From the NCBI RefSeq assembly GCF_963921235.1, contig NC_086108.1, positions 17,422,001 to 17,486,000 on the forward strand: a stretch of DNA of 64,000 nt. Direction: 5' to 3'. The DNA is from Mobula hypostoma (Eukaryota). This document shows, one piece after another, positions 24,155 to 36,602 of the stretch; position 1 is the first letter of the stretch, and every line of letters begins with the position of its first letter. Below the pieces are notes generated by a model, which had not been told where the DNA came from, did no database searches, and saw only the letters and a program-made list of their open reading frames with translations. The position numbers were made by a program, and so were the translations under genes.

Positions 24155-27100
24155 AAGGCAATATTTAAACAGTGTATTTACAAAACAAACATTACAGATG
24201 AAAGGGTTAAATCCTTGTTGCTAAAAGAGGGTGTATATAGCAAAGCTGGAGATATGCTGTAGAGTAGTTCACAGAACAGACGGACAGGTACAGAACACAC
24301 TCTTCCAAAGAGACATTTAGTGACAGAAAGCTTCATGTCATACCTGGTGCCTGCTGACTGATCAGGATCTAATTTGCAACAAGTGGCTCATTATCTTCCA
24401 ATTTGTATAGTACAAAAATATAACCATTTGTTCAGGCAGAAGGGGAACGGGTGTCAAATCTTTGCATTTGCTGCCCTTTCCTTTAAAAGCTGTGCTTAAT
24501 ACAGATATTAATACATCAAACAAAATACAGGTTGGGACCCAAAGGCAGGCATTGAATGAAGACTCTTCTTCCCTGCTCTGGAATTCAGAGTAGCTTCTAA
24601 TCACAGCCAAGTAATTTCTTTCCTTATAATATATAAACAAAGCAGGTATACAGTATATGTATGTATATGCATACAATGGGTGTAGACATACACACATGTA
24701 TATAGTGCATAGTTTATTTCTCTGTCAATTAACTCAATTTCTATTACTGCCTGTGGGTTTGATGCTTACAAATAAAGATGTTGTACGTAGATAAAATGAG
24801 CAAAGTAGTGATATAGACTTCAGACTCAAAGATGTATGTCACCCTAGATATGGTGCACTGGGTTCTTTTTGAGATGACTTTTCCATATGAATAATAAACT
24901 AGATGCTATATGTATTATATATAAAATATACAGGCACAACAATTACCAAAAATAGCAGTCAGGCATAGATGTGGAATGACCCTGAGGTCCTGCTGTAGTG
25001 CATGGATAGTGTGTGGTGGGATGTGGGGGTTTGGGAGCTGTGCTGTTTAATAATGAATGGCTGACACGGTTGAGATGCCTGAATTGAACTGGAGTTCTTG
25101 GAACAGCAACACTGCACAAGCTTGACATACTTGACTTCCCCCTTCCTCGCCCCACCCCACACCCTTTCTGACCCACTGAGACTTACTTTAAACATGGGGG
25201 AAATGGGACTTGTGAGCCTGAGTTACAGATAAGGGGCAAGGCAAAAGTGGAATCACTAGCCACTCCAAGAAAACCTCCCTTCAATCAAGGATCTGTTACT
25301 TTGTTAACAGTGTCGTGCAATATCTTGGATTGCTCCAGTGTTAAAATTCATTGTTGTAAAGCCTACACCCCAGTGTCCAAAAACAGCTCTGTCCCTAATG
25401 CTGCAGTGCCCCACTGTGAGATCACCTCTGATCTGCACCGTCTTCATTTCCCTGCCTCATATCCTTTGGGTGGGTACACCCAACATAAATTTCCAGCCAA
25501 TTCCCAGTTTACTGTGGAAGGTATGGAAGAATAAAGTATTTAGTCAGGTTTCTTGAACCTCAATTAACTATTGGGTCCCACTTTCATCTCCATCCACCTC
25601 CCTGTTTTAAGACCCCCATAGAATTAATCGACTTTCAGAATCTACCACACTGTAAACACCTCAGTGAGATCATCCCTCCAATATCCATGCTCAGATGAAT
25701 ACAACCGAAGGTTAAGGAATCCACTTTTGAAGTCCTGCCTTTATTGTAGCTCATACCTTTCCAACCTACCTTGCCCAGAGGGGCTATTGGAAGCAAGAAG
25801 TGACAGAATGTTGAAGAAGAATCTGGATGAACACCTGAAATGTTGCAGTACAAAGCTTGTGGGCTGATGTTAGATACTGAATTAGATAACTGGTGGCTGA
25901 CATGGACATTGTGGGCTGAAGGCTGTTTGCCAGAACGTAACATTCCTGATAAGATCTGACCAATGGACCTTCTCTGTATATGAGCTTGAGATAAATGCCA
26001 ACTGCTCATTAGATTTTTCTGCCCGTACATTGGCTTTCAGTGTATCTCTTTGCCCCTCCAGTGTCCACCAAGTTTTCCAGTTTTTCATTAGAGATCAGTG
26101 CAGAGTGAGGGCCACTATGTGTTCTTAGTGCTTGTGTCCTTTATTCCACATTTTCCTACTTTGTAGAAGATCATTCGACCCATTCTGCCAACTCACAATC
26201 CCATCAGTCCTGATCCTTCACTCAATTTTCCTATAATCTAACCTCCTGCATTCCAAGCAACTCCCCTTACACTGGTTCTACCAGCCCATTGTCACATGAG
26301 TGGCCAATTAACCTAGAGACCCACATGACTCTGGGAAGTGGGAGGAAACACGCACAGTCACAGGAGGAAGTGCAAACTACATACAGATGGCACCAGAGGT
26401 CTCTGATGCTGTGAGGCAGCAGCTCCACCAGCTGTCCCACTCAGCACTGATTGAGTCTACCTGGGACTACACACGTGGGCAGTAGGAGAAATGAGGAAAT
26501 TGGCTGCCTCCTTGCCCATGTACCCCCCTTCCCGTTATAACATGTGAAAGATTGGGGAGTCAAGCAAGATATCGCAACACCCAGTAGGGACTTACAGACC
26601 ACACGAACCCCACCATCCTCAGCACCTGTTGGAATATGTTACATGGGCAAAGGATGAGAAGTGGATGCGAGAATGGCCATGATGCAGACGATGCTGGGTG
26701 GGAACTGTCATTTAGGACTTTTGTGAGGGAACAAGATACACACTTGGGAAAATTAACAGTAGGAAAGTGGGACTGGTTGGTTGGTTAAAGAGTTGCTACT
26801 GATTCAATGGACTAAAAGGCCTCCGAGGTACAGTGATTTTATGACCCTTCGGCAGGGGTAAGGGAAATGGAATTAAAGCCAATTGGTTTGGAGAGAGTGA
26901 AGAAAATCCTGGCCAAAGCAATGGATTTAAAGGAAGGTTTGAAGAGGGTGGGATGTGAAGTAAAATGATAGTTCAGGCATATGTGGAGTGGTGAGGGAAG
27001 CCAGAGACATCAGGTTCAAACATTCTTGTCTGAGGTCCACTGGAGATCAATGGAAGCTGATGTTAAGGAATTGGTTGCCAGTAAACTTTGGGTAGCACCT

Positions 27101-28442
27101 TCCAGAGTGTTGAGTGAGGATAGGCACTAAAATGGGTGCCTGTTGATCCCACACAAACACAATGAGCCCTTGTAGTCTGAAATATCACTCCAAACATTGT
27201 GAAGCTGTGACCTCAGAATGTGATCATTCTATGCATTTGGGAGATGTCATTGAGTTGGCAACTGGTTTCTTCACCACTATTTATGTTCAATAAACCAGGA
27301 AAGATGTGTTCAATCTCACAGAAGCAGCTTCAGAGACTGAATTTAACTGAGAAGGAACTAACAACAGGAGTTGCTAGTCTGAGCAGAGTGCTGGATTGTC
27401 ACTAACAACCTGCTGCAGCCTTTTCACACTAAGGTGACTGCAGACCCATATTTGGATGACTCTTAGCTCCCTAGTGAAGTGAAAAGATGAGTGATATTGC
27501 AGGGCAATGAACAATGGGCAAAAGAAGGCGGGCTTGCCATCAACACCTGTGTGCCAAGAATGGGTGTGTGCACTGCTTATTTCAGTTTCAATCCCTTACC
27601 CTTTCCCACTTACATCCTTTCATGATGCCCTTTGTATGATTTGTTGCCTCACTGGCCCTCTCTGACAGATGGAAACATCTTGTTGGAGCTTCCTCTGCCC
27701 TGCTGCTTACTGCTCACCCCACCTGACTGCATTCTCTGCCCTCAGTGCTAAGGTGCAGAGGGCACGCAACAATCAAACATACCAAAGATTACAGTGGCTT
27801 TAATAATTAAACAAAAACTCAAAATATTGATCCTCAATCTGAAAGTAGCAGCAGCTGCTTCTGAAACAGTACATTGCCATGGCAGGTAGAATGTGACCCG
27901 TCAGCTTTGACAACCACCTGTGCCTGAAGCTCAGTGGATGAATGGTGGTGGTGGTACGGGGGTGGGGAAGGTAGGATAGATGTCTAAAGAGGCACAAAGG
28001 AGAGGCTTCAGTTTTTAGCAAGTGGGTGGATTCTGAATGCTGTGTGTGTAGGGAGGGAGGTTACACCATCCACAGATCACAGTGGTGGAAGGTGTACTGC
28101 TGGTGCCGATTCTAAATGGGGCCCAGAGCTACGTAAACTCAGTGAATTGCCCCTTTCACAGGCAGTGGGGCTACAAATTGTGACAGAAATGTGAGAGGTA
28201 CCGATTTGTAAACCTGATTTAGTCTTCTCTAAATAGAATTTTAATCTAAAATTCTTCCAATAAGTTTTTTTTCTTTTAAAATCCCTGTAACAAACTATCA
28301 AATAATTGCTACACTGTGCTTGTTCAAGGTACAAAATACGTGTTGTTTTACAAGTTAGACGGTTGGCATTATCTTGGTTCTATTCATACAATTAGTGAAA
28401 ATATTTACAGATTGACATTTAAGGGAAAGGCAGGGAATGGCT
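24155..28442 (-). other. Putative long 3' UTR of the RXR gene
   Basis: Lies downstream of the stop and is poor in young TEs. UGUAAAUA motifs at 28409-28402 and 24182-24175. Candidate poly(A) signals are AATAAA at 24718-24713 and AATACA at 24178-24173, the latter followed by a U/GU-rich tract. The true end is unknown. Confidence 0.4.
26285..26445 (-). mobile_element. Degenerate tRNA-derived SINE (V-SINE/HE1-like)
   Basis: Minus strand reads GAGCTGCTGCCTCACAGC...CTGTATGTAGTTTGCAC. A related plus-strand copy lies at about 51940-52120. Confidence 0.5.
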
Positions 28443-28590
28443 TCACGTCATTTGATGAGGAGCCTCCAACATCTCCATCAGGAAGGTGTCAATAGGGGTG
28501 TCACCAATCAGCTTGAAGAAGAACAGGTGCTCAAGGCACTTGAGTCCAATCGAGCGGAGGGCCGGCAGTCGGAGGAGCAGCTTGGCAAAC
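28443..28590 (-). CDS. RXRG: RXR last coding exon with AF-2 helix ([48 protein letters not shown])
   Basis: Pyrimidine-rich CCCCAG acceptor, 148 coding bp, TGA stop at 28445-28443. Confidence 0.93.
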
Positions 28591-29716
28591 CTGGGGAGAA
28601 ACAGCAAAAATCCCTGTTAATCAAGAGAGAGACTAACTGTGTAAGAGGCATCATACTCTGCCTGGGTAGTCTACAGCCCAATGGTATGAAGGCTGAATTC
28701 TCCAATTGGTTTATTATTGTCACATGCATGAAGCAGAGTGAAAAGCTTGCATACTGTTCATACAGATCAGATCATTACACAGTGCATTGAGGTAGAACAA
28801 GGTAAAACAATAACAATGCAGAATAAAGTGCAACAACTACAAAGTGCAGTGCAGGTAAACGATAAGGTGATAGATTGTGATGTCAAGAGTCCAACTTATC
28901 ATACTAGGGAACTATTTAATAGTCTTATAACAGCAGACTAGAAGGTGTCTTTGAGCCTTGTGGTATTTGCTCTCAGCCTTTTGTATCTTTTGCCTGATGG
29001 AGGAGGGGAGACGAATATCTGGGGTGGTGGATGGGGGGGGGGTGTCCTTGTCTATGCTCACCATCAATGTGTTTCACTACTTCAAGGCACTGTTGCAATG
29101 AGTTGATCTGTATGAATAGTATACAAGACAACCTTTTCACTGTACCTTGGTATATATGACACCAATAAACCAATTTACTTTCTTCTCTCCACCTTCAGTT
29201 CTTTCTCTGGTCCTCCCATTTTGTCCCCCTTCCCATACCCACCCCTTCCCCAGCCAACCATCACCCATTTTTGTCTTCTTCTCCCTCCTAGTTTCATCCA
29301 CCTGCTACCCTCACACTTCACCAATTGACTCTTCTCCCCCACATCTGGTTATGGTTCCTTCTGCCCTTCACCTCTCTCCTAATACTTAACATTATCACCT
29401 TTCTTACTTATCAGGTTCCAGCAATGGTAGTCTTTTGTCCCGTATTTTTCCTCCTAGCCATCTCGCCGCCTTCCTACCGCACTCCATCCGCTCTTTTTGG
29501 TCTGCCTTCAACCATCATCAACCTGCATCTGTCTTCCAACTCCACCCCTACCCTTGCCCTATCTGGCTCCAGCTGCCCCTTGTCTGTATATTGATCACCT
29601 CATTATCTCTGTCCCCGTCTCAACCCTCACTCTCCCCTCTCTATACTGGCTACCTTGCCTCCATTCTTAGTCTTGATGGAGGGTTTGGATCTGAAACCCT
29701 CCATCAAGTTCCATCA

Positions 29717-30264
29717 TGTGCAGTTTTGGTCCCCTAATCTGAGGAAAGACATCCTTGCCATAGAGGGAGTACAAAGAAGGTTCACCAGATTGATTCCTGG
29801 GATGGCAGGACTTTCATATGAAGAAAGACTGGATGAACTGGGCTTGTACTCGTTGGAATTTAGAAGATTGAGGGGGGATCTGATTGAAACGTATAAAATC
29901 CTAAAGGGATTGGACAGGCTAGATGCAGGAAGATTGTTCCCGATGTTGGGGAAGTCCAGAACGAGGGGTCACAGTTTGAGGATAAAGGGGAAGCCTTTTA
30001 GGACCGAGATTAGGAAAAACTTCTTCACACAGAGAGTGGTGAATCTGTGGAATTCTCTGCCACAGGAAACAGTTGAGGCCAGTTCATTGGCTATATTTAA
30101 GAGGGAGTTAGATATGGCCCTTGTGGCTACGGGGATCAGGGGGTATGGAGGGAAGGCTGGTGCAGGGTTCTGAGTTGGATGATCAGCCATGATCATAATA
30201 AGTGGCGGTGCAGGCTCGAAGGGCCGAATGGCTTACTCCTGCACCTATTTTCTATGTTTCTATG
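29717..30264 (+). mobile_element. CR1 3' fragment, same young subfamily as 1741-3372
   Basis: Near-identical peptide and a (TTTCTATG)n tail. Inserted in a decayed PLE terminus. Confidence 0.92.
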
Positions 30265-31215
30265 AAACGCGGACAACTTCAACCCTCAACCCCACAGGTG
30301 CTGCTCTGCCCACTGTTCCTCCAGCCTGCAATAATGCTTCCACTCCCAAGGTAGATGAAAGCAGTTGGGTAAAATCCATTTGAACGCAAATCACAACAAT
30401 TATTTCATAAAGTAATATTTTTGGACAAGGTGACATGTTGAGTGTCAGGGAGAAGCTCACCACTGGGTTGTCTCTTCCTCTTGTCTGGGTCTGTCTGAAA
30501 CTCATGGATAGAATCTGATTGTATTGATTAGTCGATATTATCATCATGGGACGACTAATAAGTAGAAGCCTAAGGAAATCTATTATTCAATGAGCTTCTT
30601 CCTCAAATTACTGCAGTTGTTCTGGGGAAGGTGCTCCCAAGTGCTGTTACAGAGCAGTTCCAAGCTTTAGACCCAGTAACAATGAAGGACTATTGATATA
30701 TTTCCAAGTCAGGTCAGTGTATAACTTGGAGGGGTACCTGCAGGTGGTGGTGGTGCTCTCATCTTGCTGCTGCCCTTGTGCTTCTTAATGGTAGAGGTTG
30801 CATGTTTGGAAGGTGTTGACACAATGGCCTGGGCAAGTAATTCTCGTGCACTTGATAGATGGTACAGACTGCAGCTATAATGAACTGATGGTGGAGAGAA
30901 TGATTGTTTAGTGTGGAGAATAGGGTGTCAATGAAGTGGCTGGATGGTGTTGAACTCTGTCAGAGTTGAAGCTATATGCACCCAAGCATATGACTTGCCA
31001 GGAGGTGAATTACTCACCACTCTCAGCCTCTGATCTTTCAGCCACAGTATTTACCAGACTGGTGGAACTGAGTTGCTGGTCAACTGTGAGCCCCCTCCCC
31101 CCAGGATATTTGTGGTGTATACCTTTGTGATGGTAATGCCTTTGAGTATTAAGGGTAGGTGGTTAGAATGTCTGGTTGGAGACTGCCACCGCTGGGCACA
31201 TGTGGTTTGGACTAT

Positions 31216-32164
31216 GGGATCAATGGATTTGTGGCTAAGGTTGCCTGTGATACAAAAGTAGGTGGAGGAGTGGGTAGTGTTGAGGAAACAGAGCCTGCAG
31301 AGAGACTTAGATATTTAGGGGAATAGGCAAAGAAGTGGCAAATGAAATACAATGTTGGAAAGTGTATGGTCATTCACTTTGGTGGAAGAAATAAACGGGC
31401 AGAGTATTATTTAGATGGGGGGGAAAATTCAAAATGCAGAGATGCAAAGGGAGTCCTTGTGCAGGATACCCTAAAGGTTAACCTTCAGGTTGAGTCAGTG
31501 GTGAAGAAGGCAAATGCAATGTTGGGCTTTATTTCTAGAGGTATATAATATAAGAGCAGGGATCTGATGTTGAGGCTCTATAAGGCACTTGTGAGACCAC
31601 ACTTAAGAGTACTGTGTGCAGTTTTGGGCTCCTTATTTTAGAAGGGACATACTGACATTGGAGAGGGTTCAGAGAAGATTCACGAGAATGATTCCAGGAA
31701 TGAAAGGGTTACTGTATGAGGAACGTCTGGCAGCTCTTGGGCTGTATTCCCTGGAGTTCAGGAGAAGGAGGGGGGAACTCATAGAAGCATTCGGAATGAT
31801 AAAAGGCCTGAACAAATTAGATATGGCAAAGTTATTTCCCATGGTAGAGGAGTCTCGGACTAGAGGGCACAACTTCAGGATTTAAGGACATCCATTTAGA
31901 ACAGAGATGCAGAGAAATTACTTTCGTCAAAGGGTGGTAAATCTGTGGAATTTGTTGCCACAAGCGGCTGTGGAGGTCAACTCATTGGGTGCATTTAAGA
32001 CAGAAATAGATAGGTTCCTGATTAGCCAGGGCATGAAAGGGTATGGGGAGAAGGCAGGGGAGGTGAGGAATGACTGGAAGAATTGGATCAGCCCATGATT
32101 GAATGGCGGAGCAGACTCGATGGGCCAAATGGCCTACTCTTCTTCTATATCTTATGGTCTTATG
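31216..32164 (+). mobile_element. CR1 3' fragment
   Basis: Frameshifted RT C-terminus and a (TCTTATGG)n tail. Confidence 0.88.
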
Positions 32165-33032
32165 AATACTATCTGCCATTTATCAGTCCATGCTTAAATG
32201 TCTTTGTCTCACTGTGTGCAGACATGGGCTATATCTTTTGCTTAAGAATTCAGAATGTTATTGAACACTGTTCAAAACTGTGAACATTCCTACCTGACTT
32301 TATGTTGCAGGGTCATTGATGAAGCAACTGAAGATGATTGAGTCTAGGATACTGCTCTGATCATCCTGCGGTGATGTCCTGGAGCTGGGATGATTTACCT
32401 CCAACAACCGCAGCCACTATCCTTTGTTGGAGGTATGACTCCAACCAAGGGTGCATTCTCTCCTTGACATCCATTGTTTCAGTTTCAAAGTTTGGGACCA
32501 AGGCTGTGCGAGGGCTGAAGCTAAAGTGTCCTGGCAAAATCTGTACTGATCATTAAATAAGTAAGCGAAAACTGAAACACCAAAGAAAAGGAAACCTGAA
32601 ATAAAATTAGAAAATGCTGGAAACACTTAGCAGGTCAGGCAGCATCTGAAGAGAGAGCAATTGTTAACATTTCAGGTATAAGACCCTACATCAGAAGTGA
32701 AATTTTAACTCTTTCTTTTCAGTGTCTGCCTGACCTGTTGAATGTTTCCAGCTTTCATGTTTGTAATATAAAGGAGCATATTATTGGCAATTGCCACTCA
32801 ATGGCACTGTTAGTTGCACCTTCAACCACTGCTGGTGACTGAGACTAGACTGATTGCGAGGTGATTAGCTGCATTACACTTGCCCAGCTTTTGTGGATGG
32901 GCAGATTTCCAGAGTGTCGGCTCGATGCTAGTGTTGAAACTGTAGTGGAATAGATGTTGGGAACACAAGAATACAACCATAAATAGAAGTAGCCAAAGGG
33001 ACAGAGAAGAAGGTAAGTGCAGACTTCCTTAC

Positions 33033-33138
33033 CTGCCTGGCTGCTCTGGGTACTTGTGCTTTGTATAAGCCTCTAGTGATGCGTATACCTTCTCCCTCAA
33101 AGATTCCACCTCTCCAGGGTTTGATAAGCCTTTAGCAT
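33033..33138 (-). CDS. RXRG: RXR LBD exon ([36 protein letters not shown])
   Basis: Not in the ORF track; read by hand. 106 bp, CAG acceptor, GTAAGG donor. AYTK is gamma-type. Confidence 0.92.
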
Positions 33139-34430
33139 CTGAACAGCATGTTGAAAATATTCACTTTAGAAGTATAAATTGCAGTTAAAATATATGCATA
33201 TAGAACAGACAAAGTTCAAACATTTTGCCTGAGCTTTAATTTCCATGAATGAACCTTCTGTTCAATTCCATGGCATATCTTTCCACCATAAAATCTTTTC
33301 ATTCATCTTATATGGAATCCCATAAGTCAAACCTCTTCCTGGTCAATACTGTCACGAAGACCTTCCTATCCAAACTCAGGTGTGTACAAATTCAATGAAT
33401 CAAACCCCTGTTTGGAGTCCGATCAGAGTTCAGAAGTTTAGAGTTACAATGTTGTACATCACAGAAACAGGCCCTGCAGCCCATCATTCCCATGCCCTCT
33501 ACACTAAACCTATTTCCCCTCATTAGGAAGGTATCCTTCTGTGTCTTGCCTATTTAAATTCCACAATCCGCACCATCTTCTCACAGCTACCATCAGGCAG
33601 AAGGTACAGAAGCCTTAAGTCTCATACCACGAGATTCAAGAATAGCTCCTTCACTTCAACCATTTTGTTCTTGAACCAACTTGCACAACCATAATCATTG
33701 CACTTGTCTATATGCGCTTGACCTTGTTTGAATGTCTCTTAAAAGCAGTGATTGTATCTGATTTCACCAGCTCCTCTGGCAGTAGCTCTCAGATATCAAC
33801 AACTCTTGTTTAAAAAACCTTACCCCTAAGATAACCTGGAGAAGGATGGGCTCCGCCAGGTTTCAGATGCCCAAGGTACGATGAGCATACCAAAAAGATT
33901 GGTGCAAACAGCTCGTCATGACGGCGCCCGATGACTCTACTAGGAGTTAAGGGCACGCGCAGACACACACACACACACACACACACTCCTCAGATCCCCT
34001 TTTAACATCCTTCCTTTCACCTTAAACTCATGCTCTCTTTAATGGACACCATCCCTTCCAGCAAAGAGAATATAAATAAATCAAAGTGGTTTCAACTCAC
34101 TGGAACAGCATGAAATCCTAATGGATCAAATCCAAGCTAGTACAATACAGGGTTAAAACAGGCCTATAGTGACCCTAACCCAGTGTTCAACAGATAATAC
34201 AGTATATTTAGTTCAACCATTTCACTGTACTTTCTATTTAATTGTCCATAGCTCCATTTATCATAAAGTTGAATGTGTGGCTCAGGGACTCAAGTAGCAG
34301 AGCTTAGTGATGGGTAGGACTCATGAACCACCACACTTGGATATGCAGTGATCGAAGACCAGGCTGGTTTGGCCTGGCCTGGCCTGGCCTGACCTGGTCC
34401 TCTTTGCGACATTGTTAACATACAACATAC

Positions 34431-34522
34431 CTGGATTGAAGAGAACGATGGCTCTAAGGCAACCCAGCTCTGTCTTGTCCATCTGCATGTCTTTCATCTT
34501 AGAAACCAATTCAGTCAGAACC
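34431..34522 (-). CDS. RXRG: RXR LBD exon ([30 protein letters not shown])
   Basis: 92 bp, TAG acceptor, GTATG donor. MKDMQ is gamma-type. Confidence 0.93.
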
Positions 34523-35594
34523 CTACCGGAGATTGAAGAAGAAACAGTCACACTGCGGCATTTGGATGGCAACTTATTCTTGCTCATCTACTTTGGTTTC
34601 AAGTTTTAAAATTTGAAACATTGTGGCTACCTCCTCACCCCTCCTGGTCTCTGTCCAACACACAGCACTGATCCCTGCACTACTACCACACACAACAGTA
34701 TCTCGTCACCTCTCATCACCCCAGCTGTGTGGTCGAATCTCCTACAGTCTGGGCCCCAAGGTTCTCTCCCCTATCCTTCTTCCACTAGGCCTCTCCTGAG
34801 CTCACTGGCCAATGCAGGGTCACCTGCAATAAAGTGATCATGTTTGGGCTCAGAGACCTTTTTGTTTCCCCTGCTGGAGAAAGGCCTTAGGCACTGCAGA
34901 ATGTTCAAGGATGTGATGGGGGTAGGTGGAACTTTCCAGAATGGAGAAATGTAGACAGCTTTTATCCTTTGCCAAGCCCACCATTGGATGGTGGTGCAGG
35001 GGGGTGGGGCACCATGTCTCTACTGTGGGCAAAGGAAGTATAAAGCAGTCTGTGATGGCTTAAGGAATAGGTACACAGCATGATCCCCTATGCCCAGATG
35101 GGGGTGCCCATGTGCTTAGATATAGTGGCACAAGAGGAGACCAGGCATTCAGATGCAGGGAAACAGGGGCCAGACAAGTAAACTCCCCATTTATTGAAAT
35201 GACCAATTGAACTGAGGCCATGCAACCCATCACGTACCTGCCAGCTCTCTGAAGCAATCCCACTTTCCCTCTTCTTACTTCCCGATATCTCTGTATAACT
35301 CACTCTCACATGTGGCTGTGAACTGCCCTCTGATTCTGTTGTAATTGACCTACTGTAGGGGGTAATTACAGTTCCCCTCACTCACTGCCTCCATTTGCAA
35401 AGATCACAGGTGGACCTCAGATAGGAACCTGGATGTACGGGGTGAAGGTGGAGGAGGCTTTAGGTTGGGGAGGGATGGGCACAGTATCACCAGCTGGTTC
35501 AATGACTTGCACCATCACAGTAAATGATGGCCAGCCAGAGGGAGAGGAAGCGCTACATGGAGTAAGACACGAGCACAGGCTGTGGGTTCCCTAC

Positions 35595-35727
35595 CTGTCA
35601 AAGATGGAGCCGACGCCAGCGCTGTGGGCACTGCTGCGGTGGACGTGCAGCCCTGTGGCCAGTAGAATTCCGTCCTTCACAGAGATAGAGCGATGTGAGA
35701 AAGAGGCAATGAGCAGCTCATTCCAGC
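35595..35727 (-). CDS. RXRG: RXR LBD exon ([45 protein letters not shown])
   Basis: 133 bp, CAG acceptor, GTAG donor, phase compatible with neighbouring exons. HRSSAH and GVGSIF are RXR-gamma-type residues (alpha has HRNSAH and GVGAIF). Confidence 0.93.
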
Positions 35728-36472
35728 CTGCAGGAGAGAAGGCACAGAGTGATCCCCCACACCCACACCAGATGGAACTCTTCTGAACACTAGGGCTTCC
35801 CAGATCTAACCTAACTGTTGTATTCACACTCTCCCTGATCACCAACTCTAAAAGCCCACTGTATCTTCTTTTCCTCTTGCACTCCTTGCTATTGGCTTTG
35901 GTTTATTATCGTCACGCGTACTGAAATACCATAAAAAGTTCTTGCATGGTATCCAGACACATCGTGCCATTCCATAATTACGATGTAGTAAGAAGAATAC
36001 AGAAAGCAGAATATAATGTAATACAAAGAAAGTGCAATGTAGGTGGACAACAATGTGCATGGGCTACGACAAGCTTAGCTAAGAGATCTTTAGCGCATGA
36101 GATGTCTATTCAAGAATCTGGGATAGAAACTGTCCTTGAGCCTGGCGGTGCGTGCTCTCAAGCTTTATGGGAGAGGGGAGAAGAGAGAATGACTGGGATG
36201 GGAGGGCTTTTTAATGTATTGGCTGCTTTCCCGAGGGAGTGGAAGGCATAGATGGAGGCAGTGTAAGAGAAACTGGTTTTTGTGATGAATTGTGCTGTGC
36301 TCACTCTTCCTGCCTGACTCCTGCTTCCCAGAGTCTGACTCTAACTCTATCCCTTCCCCTCTTCACTGCACACTCTCTTCCTCAGCTCTGTGCTCCTGTT
36401 TCAGTGTGCTGACCACTATATAAAGTTTGTTCCCTTCCAGGTGACAGGCGGGGATTGGGCACATCCACTCAC

Positions 36473-36602
36473 CTGCCCGAAGTAGAATGACTTGATCGTC
36501 GAGAGGGAGGTCGGAGAAGTGAGGAATCCTCTTGGCCCATTCCACCAGCGTGAAGAGCTGCTTGTCTGCCGCTTGACAAATATTGGTGACTGGGTCATTG
36601 GA
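36473..36602 (-). CDS. RXRG: Retinoid X receptor LBD exon ([44 protein letters not shown])
   Basis: Manual translation gives the RXR helix 3-5 signature. The exon is 130 bp, with an AG acceptor at 36603-36604 and a GTGAGT donor at 36472-36467. The paralog call comes from the downstream exons. Confidence 0.93.

Noticed and set aside
28437..28790. Plus-strand 117-aa ORF
   Set aside because: Antisense shadow of the RXR last exon plus a TE remnant.
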